A stretch of DNA of 64,000 nt from the human T2T-CHM13v2.0 reference genome, Homo sapiens. Below, piece by piece: positions 30,101 through 44,300 of the stretch (the stretch's first letter is position 1; every line of letters begins with the position of its first letter). The stretch is taken from NCBI RefSeq assembly GCF_009914755.1, contig NC_060932.1; one strand, 5' to 3'. The notes beneath the pieces were generated by a model, which had not been told where the DNA came from, did no database searches, and saw nothing but the letters and a program-made list of their open reading frames with translations. The translations under genes and the position numbers were made by a program.

Positions 30101-32859
30101 ACTGCTTTGTCATGTGTGGATTCATCTCACAGAGGTAAAACATTCCTTTCATCCAGCAGGTTGGAAACACACCTTTTGTAGAATCTGCAAAGAGGCATTT
30201 TGGAGCCCTTTGAGACCTATGGCAAAAAACCGAATATACTCAGATAAAACTAGAAAGAAGCTGTCTGTGAAACTGCTTACTGATGGATGGATTCATCTCA
30301 GAGAGTTGAACCTTTTGTTTTACTGAGAAGGTTGGAAAAACTTTTTCGTACAATATTTGAAGGGACAATTTTGAGGCCATAGAGGCCTATGGTAAAAAAC
30401 TAAATATCCCCATATAAAAAATAGAAAGAGTCTATCTGCTTTGTGATGTCAGGATTCCTCTCAAATAATTAAATTTTTCTTTTCATTCAGCACATTGGAA
30501 ACACTCTTTTTGTAGAATTGGCAACAGGACAATTAAGAGTCCATTGAGGCCTCTGGTGAAAAAGTGAATATCCGGAGATAAAAATTAGAAAGAAGCTATC
30601 TTTTAACTGCTTTGTGATGTGTGGATTCATCTCACAGAGTTAAATCTTGCTTTTGATTCATCAGGTTGGAAACAGTTTTTTTATAGAATCTGTGTAGGGA
30701 CATATGGGAGCCCAGTGAAACCTATGGGAAAAAACGAATATCTTCAGATAGAAAACTAGAAAGATGCTATCTGTGAAACTGCTTTGTGATGTGTACAGTT
30801 ATCTCAAGGAGTTAAAACTTTCTTTGGATTCAGCAGGTTGGATACACTGTTTTTGTAGAGTCTTCAAAAAGACATTGGGGGGCCCACTGAGGCCTAAGGT
30901 GAAAACTAGAAATAAAGTATCTGTGAAACTGCTTTGTGATGCTTTGATACATCTCACAGAGTTAAACCTTATATTTGATCAACAGGTTGAAAACACTCTT
31001 TTTGAAGTATTTGCAAAGGGACATTTTAAAGCCCATTGAGGCCTATGTTGAAACATTATATCCCCAGATAAAAACTAAAAAGAAGCTATCTGTGAAACTG
31101 CTCTGTTATATGTGCATTCTTCCCACAGAGGTAAACCTATCTTTTGATTCATAAGGTCGAAATCACCCTTTTTGTAGAATTTGCATAGGGACATCTTGGT
31201 GCCCATAGAGGCTTTGGTTAAAATCAGAGTATCTCCAGATAAAAACTAGAAAGAAACTATCACAGAAAGTGCTCTGTGGTGAGCAGATTCATCTCACAGT
31301 GTTAAACCTTTCTTTTGACTGAGCAGGTTGGATAAACTTTTTCTGTAGAATCTGAGAGGGAATATTTGGCAGCCCATTGAGGCTCATGGTCACAAAAAAT
31401 CCCCAGATAAAAAGGAGACAAAGATATCTGTGAAACTGCTTTGTGATGTATGGATTTATCTCACAGAATTGAATCTTTCCTTTGATTCAGCAGGTGGGAA
31501 ACACTCTTTTTGTAGAATCTATGAAGGTTATGTGGGAGGCCTTTTAGGCCTTTGGTTAAAACCAAATATCCCCCAATAAAAACTAGAAAGACACTATCTG
31601 TAAAACTGCCTTTTGATCTTTGGATTCATCTCACAAATTTAAAACTTTCTTTCAATTCAGAAGGTTGTACACTCTTTTGTAGAATCTGTGAAGAAACATT
31701 TGGAAGACAGTGAGGCATATTGTGAGAAAACAAATATTGCCAGATAAAAATTACAAAGGAGCTATCTGTGAAATTGTTTTGCAATGTGTTGATTCATCTC
31801 ACAGACTTAAATAATTTTTGATTCAGCAAGTTTTTAACACTCTTATGTAGAATCTGTGAAGGAACATTTGAAAGCCCTTTGAGTCCTATGGTGAAAAACA
31901 GAATATCCCCAGATAAAAACTAGAAAGAAGGTATCAATGAAACTACTTTGTGATGTGTGGATTCATCTCACAGAGTTAAACCATTATTTTGATTCAGCAG
32001 GTTGGAAACACTTTTTTTTGAAAAATCTGTGAATGCATATTTTGGAGACTATTGAAGCCTAGGGTGAAAAATCAAATATCCCCAGGGAAAAACTAGAAAG
32101 CAGCAATCTGTAAAACAACTTTCTTGTGATGTGTGAATTCATCTCACAGATTTAAACTTTTCTTTTCATTCAGCAGGTTGGAAACAATCTTTTTGAAGAT
32201 TCTGTGACAATTTGGGAGCTCATACTGGCTTATAGTGAAAAACAGATTACCCCACATAAAACAAGAAAGAAGCTATCTCTGAAACTGCTTTCTGGTTTGT
32301 GGACTCAACTCACAGATTTAAAACATCCCTTTTACTAAGCAGATTGGAAGCACTCTTTTTGTAGAATCTACATAGAGACATTTGGGAGCCCATTGTGGCC
32401 TTTAGAGAAATACTGAATATCCCCAGATAAAAACTACAATGAAGCTATCAGTGAAACTGCTTTGTGATTTGTGGATTCATCTCATGGTGTTAAACATTAC
32501 TTTGAATTCAGCACATTGGAAATACTCTTTCTGTAGAATCTGCAAAAGAACATTTGGAGCCCATGGTGGCTTACTGTGAGAAACTGAATATCCCCAGGTA
32601 AAAACTAGAAAGAAGTTATCTGTTTAACTGCTTTGGGATATGTGGATTCATCTCACAGATGTAAAACTTTCTTTTGACTCAGCATACTGGAAACACTCTA
32701 TTCCTAGATGTTGCAAAGTGACATTTGAGAGTCCATTGAGGACTGTATTGAAAATTTAAATAACTGTAGATAAAAGCTACAAAGAAGATATCTGTGAAAC
32801 TTGTATGTTATGCGTGGATTCATCTCACATACTTAAAACTTTCTTCTGATTCAGCACAT

Positions 32860-32955
32860 TGGAAACACGCTATTTTTTGAACCTTTAAAGAAACATTTGG
32901 GAGCACATGGAAACACTCTATTTTTTGAATCTTTAAAGGAATATTTGGGAGCACA
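32860..32955 (+). repeat. 48-bp sub-monomer tandem duplication
   Basis: tggaaacacgctattttttgaacctttaaagaaacatttgggagcaca (32860-32907) is followed by tggaaacactctattttttgaatctttaaaggaatatttgggagcaca (32908-32955), with 4 mismatches. Confidence 0.9.
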
Positions 32956-33407
32956 CTGAGGCCTATGGTGAAAAACCGAAAATTTCCTGATCAAAACTAG
33001 AAAAAAGCTATCTGTGAAACAGTTTCGTATCGTGTGGAGTCATCTCCTAGAGTTAAACCTTTGTTTTGATTCAGTAGGTTATAAATACCCTCTTTGTAGA
33101 ATCTGTGAAGTGACATTTGGAGCCCATTGAGGCCTACCTATGATGAAAAACAGAATATCCAAAGATAAAAACTAGAAAGAAGCAATATGTGTAACTGCTT
33201 TGTGATGTGTGGATTCATCTCACAGAGTTGAAACTTTCTTTTGATTCACCAGGCTTGAGACACTCTTTTTGTAAAATCTGTGAAAATATATTTTGGAGCC
33301 CATAGAGGCCTATGGTAAAAATTGGAACATCTTCAGATAAAAACTAGAAAGAACCTATTGGTATAAATGCTTTGTGATGTGTGGATTCATCTCAAATAGT
33401 TCAACCT

Positions 33408-36400
33408 TTCTTTTGATTCAGCAGATTGGAAACACTCTTTTTGAGATTCTACGTAGGGACACTTGGGAACCCATTGAGGCCTATGGTGAAAAACCTATTA
33501 TCCCAAAATAAAAACCAGAAAGAAGCTATTTGTGAAAGTGCTATGTAATGTTTTGATTCATTGTACAGAGTTAAACTTCTCATTTGGCTTCTCTTTTGAT
33601 TCAGCAAGTTGGAGACAATTTTTTGAAAACATTCTGTCAAGGGACATATTGGAGCCCATTGATGACTTTGATGAAAAACTGAATATCTCCAGATAAAAAC
33701 TGGAAAGAAACTATCTGTAAAACTGCTTTGTGATGTGTGGATTCATCCCACAGAGTTAAAGTTTTCTGTTGATTCAGCAGGTTGGGAAGACTCCTTTTGT
33801 AGAATCTGTAAAGGGAGATTTTGGAGCCCATGAAGACCTACAGTGAAAAACAGAACATCCCCAGGTAATAATAGAAAAATGTTATCTGTGAAACTGTCTT
33901 GTGCTGTGTAGATTCATCTCAGAGAGTTAAACATTGGTTTTGAATCAGCAAGTTGTAAACACTGTTTTTGCAGTATGTGCAAAGGGACATTTGGGAAAAC
34001 ATTGATGCCTATGTTGAAAAAAGGGAGGTTCACAGAAAAAACTACAAATAAGCTATCTGTGAAATAGCTTTGTTTTGAGTTTATTCATTTCACTGAGTTA
34101 AAGCTTTGTTTAGATTCAGCAAGTTGGAAACACCATTTTTGTAGAATCTGTGAAGGGACGTTTGAAAGCCCATTGAAACCTATGGTGAAAAATCGAATAT
34201 CTTCAGTTAAAAACTAGAAAGAAACTATTTGTGAAACTGCTTTGTGAGGTATGGGTTCATCTGAGTTAACCCTTTCTTTAGATTCAGCAAGTCAGAAAAC
34301 CCTCTTTTTGTAGAATCTATGAAGGGACATTTGGTACCTCATTGAGGTCCCTCGTGAAAAAAGACATATGCAGAAAAACTAGAAAGAAGCTATCTGTGAA
34401 ACTGCATTTTGATCTGTGGATTCATCTCCCAGGGAAAACACTTTCTTTTGATTCGGCACATTTGAAACAGTCACTTTGTAGAACCTGTGAAGGGACATTT
34501 GGGAGCCCAATGAAACCTATTGTGAAAAACAGAACCTCCCCAAATGAAAACTAGAAAGAAGCCATCAGAAAAACTGGTTTGCATTGTGTGCATTCGTCTC
34601 ACAGAGTTGAAACATTTTTTTTGATTCAGCAGGTTGGAAACACTCTTTTTTGTAGAATCTGTGAAGGAATATTTGGGAGCCCATTTAGACCTATGTTGAA
34701 AAACCAAACATCCCCAGAGTAAAACTAGAAAGAAGCTATACTTGAAACTGCTTTTTGATGTGTGAGTTCATCTCACAGATTTAAACCTTTCTTTAAATTA
34801 AGCAGGTTGGAAACACTATTTTAAAGATATCTTTAAAGGGACATTTGGGAGCCCATTGAGGCCTAGGGTGAAAAAAAAATCCCCAGTTAAAAACTAGAAA
34901 AAAAGCTATCTGTGAAACTGCCTTGTGATGTGTGGATTCATCCAATAGAGTTAAAAGTTTCAATGATTCAGCAGATTGGAAACACTCTTTTTGTAGAATC
35001 TGCAAAGAAACATTTTGGGGCCCATTGAGGCCTATGGTAAAACATCAAACATACCCAAATAAAAAGTAGAAAGAAACTATCTATGAAACTGCTTTGTGAT
35101 GTTTAAATTCATCTCAAAGAGTTACATCTTTTTTTTGATTCAGTAGATGGGAAACACTCTTTCTGTAGAATCTGCAAACGGATATTTGAGAGCTCATTGA
35201 GACCTGAGGTAAAAAACTAAACATCCCCAGATAAAAACTAGAAAAAAGCAATCTGTGAAACTGCTTTGTGATCTGTGGATTCATCTGACACAGTTTAAAT
35301 TTTCTATTGATTCAGCATATTGGAAATCCTCTTCTTGTAGAATCTTTGAAGGGACATTTTTGAGCACATTGAAGCCTATGGTGAAAACCCGAACATCCCC
35401 AGATAAAAACTAGAGAGAATGTATCTGTGAAACTGATTTTTGATGTGTGGATTCATCTCACAAAGCTAAACCTTTCTTTTGATTGAGCAGGTTAGAAACC
35501 CTCTTTTTGTATAATCTATGATGGGATATTTTGGAGACCATTGAGGCCTATCGTGAAAAACTGAATATCCACAGACAAAACCTAGAAAGAAGGTGTCTAT
35601 GAAATTTATTGGGATGTGTGTATTCATCTCACAGAGTTAAAAGTTTCTTTTGATTCAGCAGGTTGGAAACAGTTTTTTGTAGAATCTGTGAAGGGACATT
35701 TTGGAGCCCAATTTAGCCTATTTTAAAAAACCGAACACCCTCAGTTAAAAACTATAAAGAAACTATGTGTGAAACTGGTTTGTCATGTTTGCATTCATGT
35801 CACAGAGTTGAAATATTCTTTTGATTCAGAAGTATGGAACACTCTTTTTGTAGAATCTGCATAGAGATATTTGGGAGCCCATTGAGGTCTATGGTGAAAA
35901 ACAGAACATCAAAGATTAAAACTGAAAAGACACTATCTTTGAAACTGCTTTGTGATGTGTGGGATCATCTCCCATATCAAAAACATTCTTTTGATTGAAC
36001 ATGTTGGAAACTCCCTTTTTGTAGAATCTTTGATCAGACATTTGGGAACTAATTGAGGTATATGGTGAAAAACTGAATATTCCCAGATAAAAACTAGAAA
36101 GAAACTCTCTGTGAAACTGCTTCATGATGTGTAGATTCATCTCAAAAAGTTAAGCCTATCTTTTGATTCAGTAGGTTGGAAAAACTCTTTTTGTAGAATC
36201 TGAGAGGGGATATTTGGGAGCCCATTCAGGCATATGGTGAAAAATTGAGTACCCTCCAGATAAAAACTAGAAACTATCTGTGACACTGTTTTGTGATGTG
36301 TGGAGTTATCTCACAGAGTTATATGTTTCTTTGGACTCAGCAGTTTGAAAACACTCTTTTTATAGAATCTGCAAGGTTACATTTTAGAGCCCATTGAGGC

Positions 36401-39400
36401 CTTTGGTGAAAACGGACTATCCCAAGATGAAAACTAGAAAGAAGCTCTCTGTGAAACTGCTTTGTTTTGTGTAATCATCTAACAGAGTTAAACCTTTAAA
36501 CCTCTGTTTTGATTAAGGAGGTTGGAAACACACTTTTTTGGAGTGTGTACACTCCAGGGAACAATTTGTAGCCCATTGAAGCCTATTGTGAAAAACCTAT
36601 TATCCTCAGACAAAAACTGGAAATAAGCTAACTGTGAAACTGCTTTGTGATGTGTGGATTCATTTCACAAAGTTAAACCTTACTTTTGATCAGCAGGTTG
36701 GAAACACTTTTTGTAGAACCTGTGAAAGGACATTTGGGAGCAGTTGGGGCCCATGGTGAAACACCGAACATCCCCAGATAAAAAATGGAAAGAAGTGATC
36801 TGTGAAACTTATTGTGATGTGTGGATTCATCTCACAGAGGTAAACCATACTTTTGATACAGCAGGTTGGAAACACTTTTTTTTTTGTAGAATATGCAATG
36901 GAACATTTGTGAGCCCATTGAAGCATATATTGAAAAACCAAATATCAACTTATAAAACCAGAAGAAACCATCTGGGAAGCCGATTTTTGATGTGTGAAAT
37001 TTCATCTCATGGAGTTAAACTTTTCTTTTGATTTGGCAATTTGGACAAACTCTTTTTGTAGATTCTGTGAAGAAACATTTGGCAGCCCATTCAGGTCTAT
37101 GGTAAAAAAGCAAATATCACCAGATAAAAACTGGAAAGGAGCTGTCTGTGAAACTGCTTGGTGATGTGTGGATTCATCTCACTGAGTTAAACTGTTCTTT
37201 TGATCAGCAGGTTGGAAAATAGTCATTTTGAAGAATCTTTGATGGAACAATTTGGTGCTCATTGAGTCCTACACTGAAAAACCAAATACCCATGAATGAA
37301 AACTAGAAAGGGGCTGTCTGTAAAACTGCTTTGTGATGTGTGGATTTATCTCACGGAGTTAAACCCTTCTTTTGATTCAGCAGATTGGAAACACTCTTTT
37401 TGAGATTCTACGTAGGGACACTTGGGAACCCATTGAGGCCTATGGTGAAAAACCTATTATCCCAAAATAAAAACCAGAAAGAAGCTATTTGTGAAAGTGC
37501 TATGTAATGTTTTGATTCATTGTACAGAGTTAAACTTCTCATTTGGCTTCTCTTTTGATTCAGCAAGTTGGAGACAATTTTTTGAAAACATTCTGTCAAG
37601 GGACATATTGGAGCCCATTGATGACTTTGATGAAAAACTGAATATCTCCAGATAAAAACTGGAAAGAAACTATCTGTAAAACTGCTTTGTGATGTGTGGA
37701 TTCATCCCACAGAGTTAAAGTTTTCTGTTGATTCAGCAGGTTGGGAAGACTCCTTTTGTAGAATCTGTAAAGGGAGATTTTGGAGCCCATGAAGACCTAC
37801 AGTGAAAAACAGAACATCCCCAGGTAATAATAGAAAAATGTTATCTGTGAAACTGTCTTGTGCTGTGTAGATTCATCTCAGAGAGTTAAACATTGGTTTT
37901 GAATCAGCAAGTTGTAAACACTGTTTTTGCAGTATGTGCAAAGGGACATTTGGGAAAACATTGATGCCTATGTTGAAAAAAGGGAGGTTCACAGAAAAAA
38001 CTACAAATAAGCTATCTGTGAAATAGCTTTGTTTTGAGTTTATTCATTTCACTGAGTTAAAGCTTTGTTTAGATTCAGCAAGTTGGAAACACCATTTTTG
38101 TAGAATCTGTGAAGGGACGTTTGAAAGCCCATTGAAACCTATGGTGAAAAATCGAATATCTTCAGTTAAAAACTAGAAAGAAACTATTTGTGAAACTGCT
38201 TTGTGAGGTATGGGTTCATCTGAGTTAACCCTTTCTTTAGATTCAGCAAGTCAGAAAACCCTCTTTTTGTAGAATCTATGAAGGGACATTTGGTACCTCA
38301 TTGAGGTCCCTCGTGAAAAAAGACATATGCAGAAAAACTAGAAAGAAGCTATCTGTGAAACTGCATTTTGATCTGTGGATTCATCTCCCAGGGAAAACAC
38401 TTTCTTTTGATTCGGCACATTTGAAACAGTCACTTTGTAGAACCTGTGAAGGGACATTTGGGAGCCCAATGAAACCTATTGTGAAAAACAGAACCTCCCC
38501 AAATGAAAACTAGAAAGAAGCCATCAGAAAAACTGGTTTGCATTGTGTGCATTCGTCTCACAGAGTTGAAACATTTTTTTTGATTCAGCAGGTTGGAAAC
38601 ACTCTTTTTTGTAGAATCTGTGAAGGAATATTTGGGAGCCCATTTAGACCTATGTTGAAAAACCAAACATCCCCAGAGTAAAACTAGAAAGAAGCTATAC
38701 TTGAAACTGCTTTTTGATGTGTGAGTTCATCTCACAGATTTAAACCTTTCTTTAAATTAAGCAGGTTGGAAACACTATTTTAAAGATATCTTTAAAGGGA
38801 CATTTGGGAGCCCATTGAGGCCTAGGGTGAAAAAAAAATCCCCAGTTAAAAACTAGAAAAAAAGCTATCTGTGAAACTGCCTTGTGATGTGTGGATTCAT
38901 CCAATAGAGTTAAAAGTTTCAATGATTCAGCAGATTGGAAACACTCTTTTTGTAGAATCTGCAAAGAAACATTTTGGGGCCCATTGAGGCCTATGGTAAA
39001 ACATCAAACATACCCAAATAAAAAGTAGAAAGAAACTATCTATGAAACTGCTTTGTGATGTTTAAATTCATCTCAAAGAGTTACATCTTTTTTTTGATTC
39101 AGTAGATGGGAAACACTCTTTCTGTAGAATCTGCAAACGGATATTTGAGAGCTCATTGAGACCTGAGGTAAAAAACTAAACATCCCCAGATAAAAACTAG
39201 AAAAAAGCAATCTGTGAAACTGCTTTGTGATCTGTGGATTCATCTGACACAGTTTAAATTTTCTATTGATTCAGCATATTGGAAATCCTCTTCTTGTAGA
39301 ATCTTTGAAGGGACATTTTTGAGCACATTGAAGCCTATGGTGAAAACCCGAACATCCCCAGATAAAAACTAGAGAGAATGTATCTGTGAAACTGATTTTT

Positions 39401-41346
39401 GATGTGTGGATTCATCTCACAAAGCTAAACCTTTCTTTTGATTGAGCAGGTTAGAAACCCTCTTTTTGTATAATCTATGATGGGATATTTTGGAGACCAT
39501 TGAGGCCTATCGTGAAAAACTGAATATCCACAGACAAAACCTAGAAAGAAGGTGTCTATGAAATTTATTGGGATGTGTGTATTCATCTCACAGAGTTAAA
39601 AGTTTCTTTTGATTCAGCAGGTTGGAAACAGTTTTTTGTAGAATCTGTGAAGGGACATTTTGGAGCCCAATTTAGCCTATTTTAAAAAACCGAACACCCT
39701 CAGTTAAAAACTATAAAGAAACTATGTGTGAAACTGGTTTGTCATGTTTGCATTCATGTCACAGAGTTGAAATATTCTTTTGATTCAGAAGTATGGAACA
39801 CTCTTTTTGTAGAATCTGCATAGAGATATTTGGGAGCCCATTGAGGTCTATGGTGAAAAACAGAACATCAAAGATTAAAACTGAAAAGACACTATCTTTG
39901 AAACTGCTTTGTGATGTGTGGGATCATCTCCCATATCAAAAACATTCTTTTGATTGAACATGTTGGAAACTCCCTTTTTGTAGAATCTTTGATCAGACAT
40001 TTGGGAACTAATTGAGGTATATGGTGAAAAACTGAATATTCCCAGATAAAAACTAGAAAGAAACTCTCTGTGAAACTGCTTCATGATGTGTAGATTCATC
40101 TCAAAAAGTTAAGCCTATCTTTTGATTCAGTAGGTTGGAAAAACTCTTTTTGTAGAATCTGAGAGGGGATATTTGGGAGCCCATTCAGGCATATGGTGAA
40201 AAATTGAGTACCCTCCAGATAAAAACTAGAAACTATCTGTGACACTGTTTTGTGATGTGTGGAGTTATCTCACAGAGTTATATGTTTCTTTGGACTCAGC
40301 AGTTTGAAAACACTCTTTTTATAGAATCTGCAAGGTTACATTTTAGAGCCCATTGAGGCCTTTGGTGAAAACGGACTATCCCAAGATGAAAACTAGAAAG
40401 AAGCTCTCTGTGAAACTGCTTTGTTTTGTGTAATCATCTAACAGAGTTAAACCTTTAAACCTCTGTTTTGATTAAGGAGGTTGGAAACACACTTTTTTGG
40501 AGTGTGTACACTCCAGGGAACAATTTGTAGCCCATTGAAGCCTATTGTGAAAAACCTATTATCCTCAGACAAAAACTGGAAATAAGCTAACTGTGAAACT
40601 GCTTTGTGATGTGTGGATTCATTTCACAAAGTTAAACCTTACTTTTGATCAGCAGGTTGGAAACACTTTTTGTAGAACCTGTGAAAGGACATTTGGGAGC
40701 AGTTGGGGCCCATGGTGAAACACCGAACATCCCCAGATAAAAAATGGAAAGAAGTGATCTGTGAAACTTATTGTGATGTGTGGATTCATCTCACAGAGGT
40801 AAACCATACTTTTGATACAGCAGGTTGGAAACACTTTTTTTTTTGTAGAATATGCAATGGAACATTTGTGAGCCCATTGAAGCATATATTGAAAAACCAA
40901 ATATCAACTTATAAAACCAGAAGAAACCATCTGGGAAGCCGATTTTTGATGTGTGAAATTTCATCTCATGGAGTTAAACTTTTCTTTTGATTTGGCAATT
41001 TGGACAAACTCTTTTTGTAGATTCTGTGAAGAAACATTTGGCAGCCCATTCAGGTCTATGGTAAAAAAGCAAATATCACCAGATAAAAACTGGAAAGGAG
41101 CTGTCTGTGAAACTGCTTGGTGATGTGTGGATTCATCTCACTGAGTTAAACTGTTCTTTTGATCAGCAGGTTGGAAAATAGTCATTTTGAAGAATCTTTG
41201 ATGGAACAATTTGGTGCTCATTGAGTCCTACACTGAAAAACCAAATACCCATGAATGAAAACTAGAAAGGGGCTGTCTGTAAAACTGCTTTGTGATGTGT
41301 GGATTTATCTCACGGAGTTAAACCCTTCTTTTGATTCAGCAGATTG
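33408..41346 (+). repeat. Head-to-tail duplication of a 3959-bp, 23-monomer alpha satellite unit (2 copies)
   Basis: 33408-37387 matches 37367-41346. Eight ORF-track entries recur with identical translations at a constant +3959 offset (e.g. 33449/37408, 36744/40703). I counted 23 monomer motifs per unit. Confidence 0.97.
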
Positions 41347-44300
41347 AAAACACAGCTTTTGTAAAATCTGTGATGGTACAAGTGGAGCCCATTTAAGCCT
41401 ATTTTGAAAAAAGGAATATCCTCAGATAAAAACTAGAAAGAAGCTATCTATGAAACTGGTTTGTGATGTGTGGACCCATTTCATAGATTTAAACCTTTCT
41501 TTTGATTCAACAGTTTAGAAAAACTTGTTATAGAATCTGCAAAGGGATATTTGGCAGCTTATTGAAACCCATGGTGAAAAACTGAAATTCCCCTAGAAAG
41601 AAGTGCTCTGTGAAATGGTTCTGTCATGTGTGGTTACAACTCACAGAATTAAACCGTTCTTTTGACTCAACAGGTTGAAAACACTCTTTTTGTAGAATCT
41701 GCTAAGGGGCATTTAGGAGGCCAAAAAGGCTTATGGTGAAAAACCAAATATTTTCTTATAAAAACTAGAAAGAAGGTATCTGTGAAACAGTTTTCTGATA
41801 TGTGAAATCATCTCATGGAGTTAAACTTTTCTTTGGACTCATCAGCTTGGAGACACTCTTTTTGTAGAGTATGTGAAGGGACATTTTGGTGCCCATTGAG
41901 TCCTATGGTGAAAAACAGAATATCCCCAGATAAAAACTAGAAAAATCTAGCTGAAAACTTGTTTGTGATGTGTAGATTCATCTCACAGAGATAAATCTTG
42001 GATTTTATTCAGCAAGTTGGAAACACTCTTTGTGTAAAATCTGGGAAGTTACATTAGGCAGCCCATTGAGACCTAAGGTGAAAAACAGAATATCCATAGA
42101 TTAAAAACTAGAAAGAAGCGATCTGTGAAACTGCTTTTTGATGAATGGATTCATCTCACAAAATTAAAACTTTCTTTTGACTCAGCAGGTTGGTAACACT
42201 TTTTTTGTAGATTCTGTGAGGAAACATTTGGGAGCCCTTTAAGGCCTATAATGAAAGACCGAATATCCCCAGAGGAAAACTGGAAGGAAGCTATCTGTGA
42301 AACTGCTTTGTGATGTACGGAATCATCCCACAGTTAAACCTTTATTTTGATTCAGCCAGTTTTAAACACTTTTTGTGTAAACCGTGAAGGGACATTTGGG
42401 AGCCCATTGAGGCCTATGGTGAAACTTTGAATATCCCCTGATAAATACTAGAAAAAAGCAATTTGTGAAACTGCTTTGTGATGTGTGGATTTATCTCACA
42501 GAGTCAAACGTTTTTTTTGGTACAGCAGTTTGGAAACACTCTTTGTGAAGAATCTGCAAAGGGAAATTTGGGGTCCCATTGAGGCCTAAGGAGAAAAACC
42601 AAATATTCCCAGACAAAAACTAGAAAGAAGCTATGTGTGAAAGTGCTGCATGATGTGTGGATTAATCTTACACAGCTAAAGTTTTCTTTTGATTCAGCAG
42701 GTTTGAAAAACTTCTTTTGTAGAATCTGTGAAGGGACAGTTAAGATCCCTTTGAAGCCTAGAGTGAAAAACAGAACATCCCAGATAAAAAGTAGAAAGAA
42801 GCCATCTGTGTAACTTGTTTGTGATGTGTGAATTCATCTCACAGAGTTAAAACTTTGTTTTGATTCAGCAGGTTAGAAATTATCTTTTGGTAGAATCTGC
42901 AAAGGGGCAATTTGTAGCCAATTGAGGCCTATGGTGAAAAACGGAATACCCCAAGATAAAAACTAGCAGGAAGCTATCTATGAAACTGCTTTGCAATGTG
43001 TGGATTCACCTCACACAGTTAAATCTCTCTTTTCATTGAGCAGGTCAGAAACTCTTTTTGTAGAATCTGTGAAGACACATTTGGAATCCCATTATGGCCT
43101 ATGGGGAAAAACAGAATATCCCCAGAGAAAAAGAAGAAAGAAGCTATCTGTGAAACTGCTTTGTGATGTGTGGATTCATATCACAGGGTTAAAACTTTCT
43201 GTTGACTCAGCAGGTGAAAAACAGTCTTTTTGTAACTTCTGTCTTAGGACATTTGGGAGCCCCTTGATGCCTGTAGTGAAACATTGAATATCCCTAGATA
43301 AAAACTGGAAAGAAGTTATCTGTGAAACTGCTTTGTGATGTGTGGATTCATCTCACGTGGATAAACCTTTCTTTTGACTCAGCAGGTTGGAAACACTCTT
43401 TTAATAGAATCTGTGAAAAGACATTTGGAACCCAATGAGGCTTATGAGGAATGAAAAACTGAATATCCCCAGATAGAAACTAGAAAGAAGTTATCTGTGA
43501 AACTGGATTTTGTAGGGTGGACTTATCTCACAGAGTTAAGCCTTTGTCTTGACTCAGCAGGTTGGAAACACTCTTTTTGTAGCATCTGAGAAGCCACATT
43601 TGAGAGCCCATTTTTGCCTACTGTGAAAATCCAAATGATCCCAGATAAAAACTAGAAAGAAGCTATCTGTGGAACAGTTTTATGAAGTGTGGATTCATCT
43701 CACACAGTTAACACATTCTTTTGATTCAGCAGGCTGGAAACAGTCTTTTGTGGAATCTGTGGATGGACATTTGAAATCCCTTTGAGACCTGTAGAGAAAA
43801 CGGAATACTCCCAGAGAAAAAGTAGAAAGAAGCTATATGTGAAACTGCTTTGTTTTACGTTGATTCATTTCAAAGAGATAAACCTTTCTTTTTATTCAGA
43901 AGTTGGAAACAGTCTTTTTGTAGGGTCCGCAAGGAGACATTTTGGAGCCCATTGAGGCTTGTAGTGAAAAATCAAATATCCCCAGATAAAAGCTAGAAAG
44001 ACGCTGTCTGTGAAACGACTTTGTGATGTGTGGATTCATCTCACAGAGTTAAACCTTTCTTTTGATTCAGCTGGTTGGAAACACTTCTTTTTTTAGAATC
44101 TGCAAAAGGATATTTGGGAGCCCACTGAAGCCCTTGTTGAAAAACTGAATATTGCCAAATGAAAATTAGAAAGAAACTATCTACAAAACTCGTTTGTGTT
44201 GTGTTGGTTCACCACACTGAGTTAACTCTTTCTCTTGATTAACATGTTGGAAACACTCTTTTTTTAGAATCTGCAAAGGGACATTGCAGAGCCCATTGAA

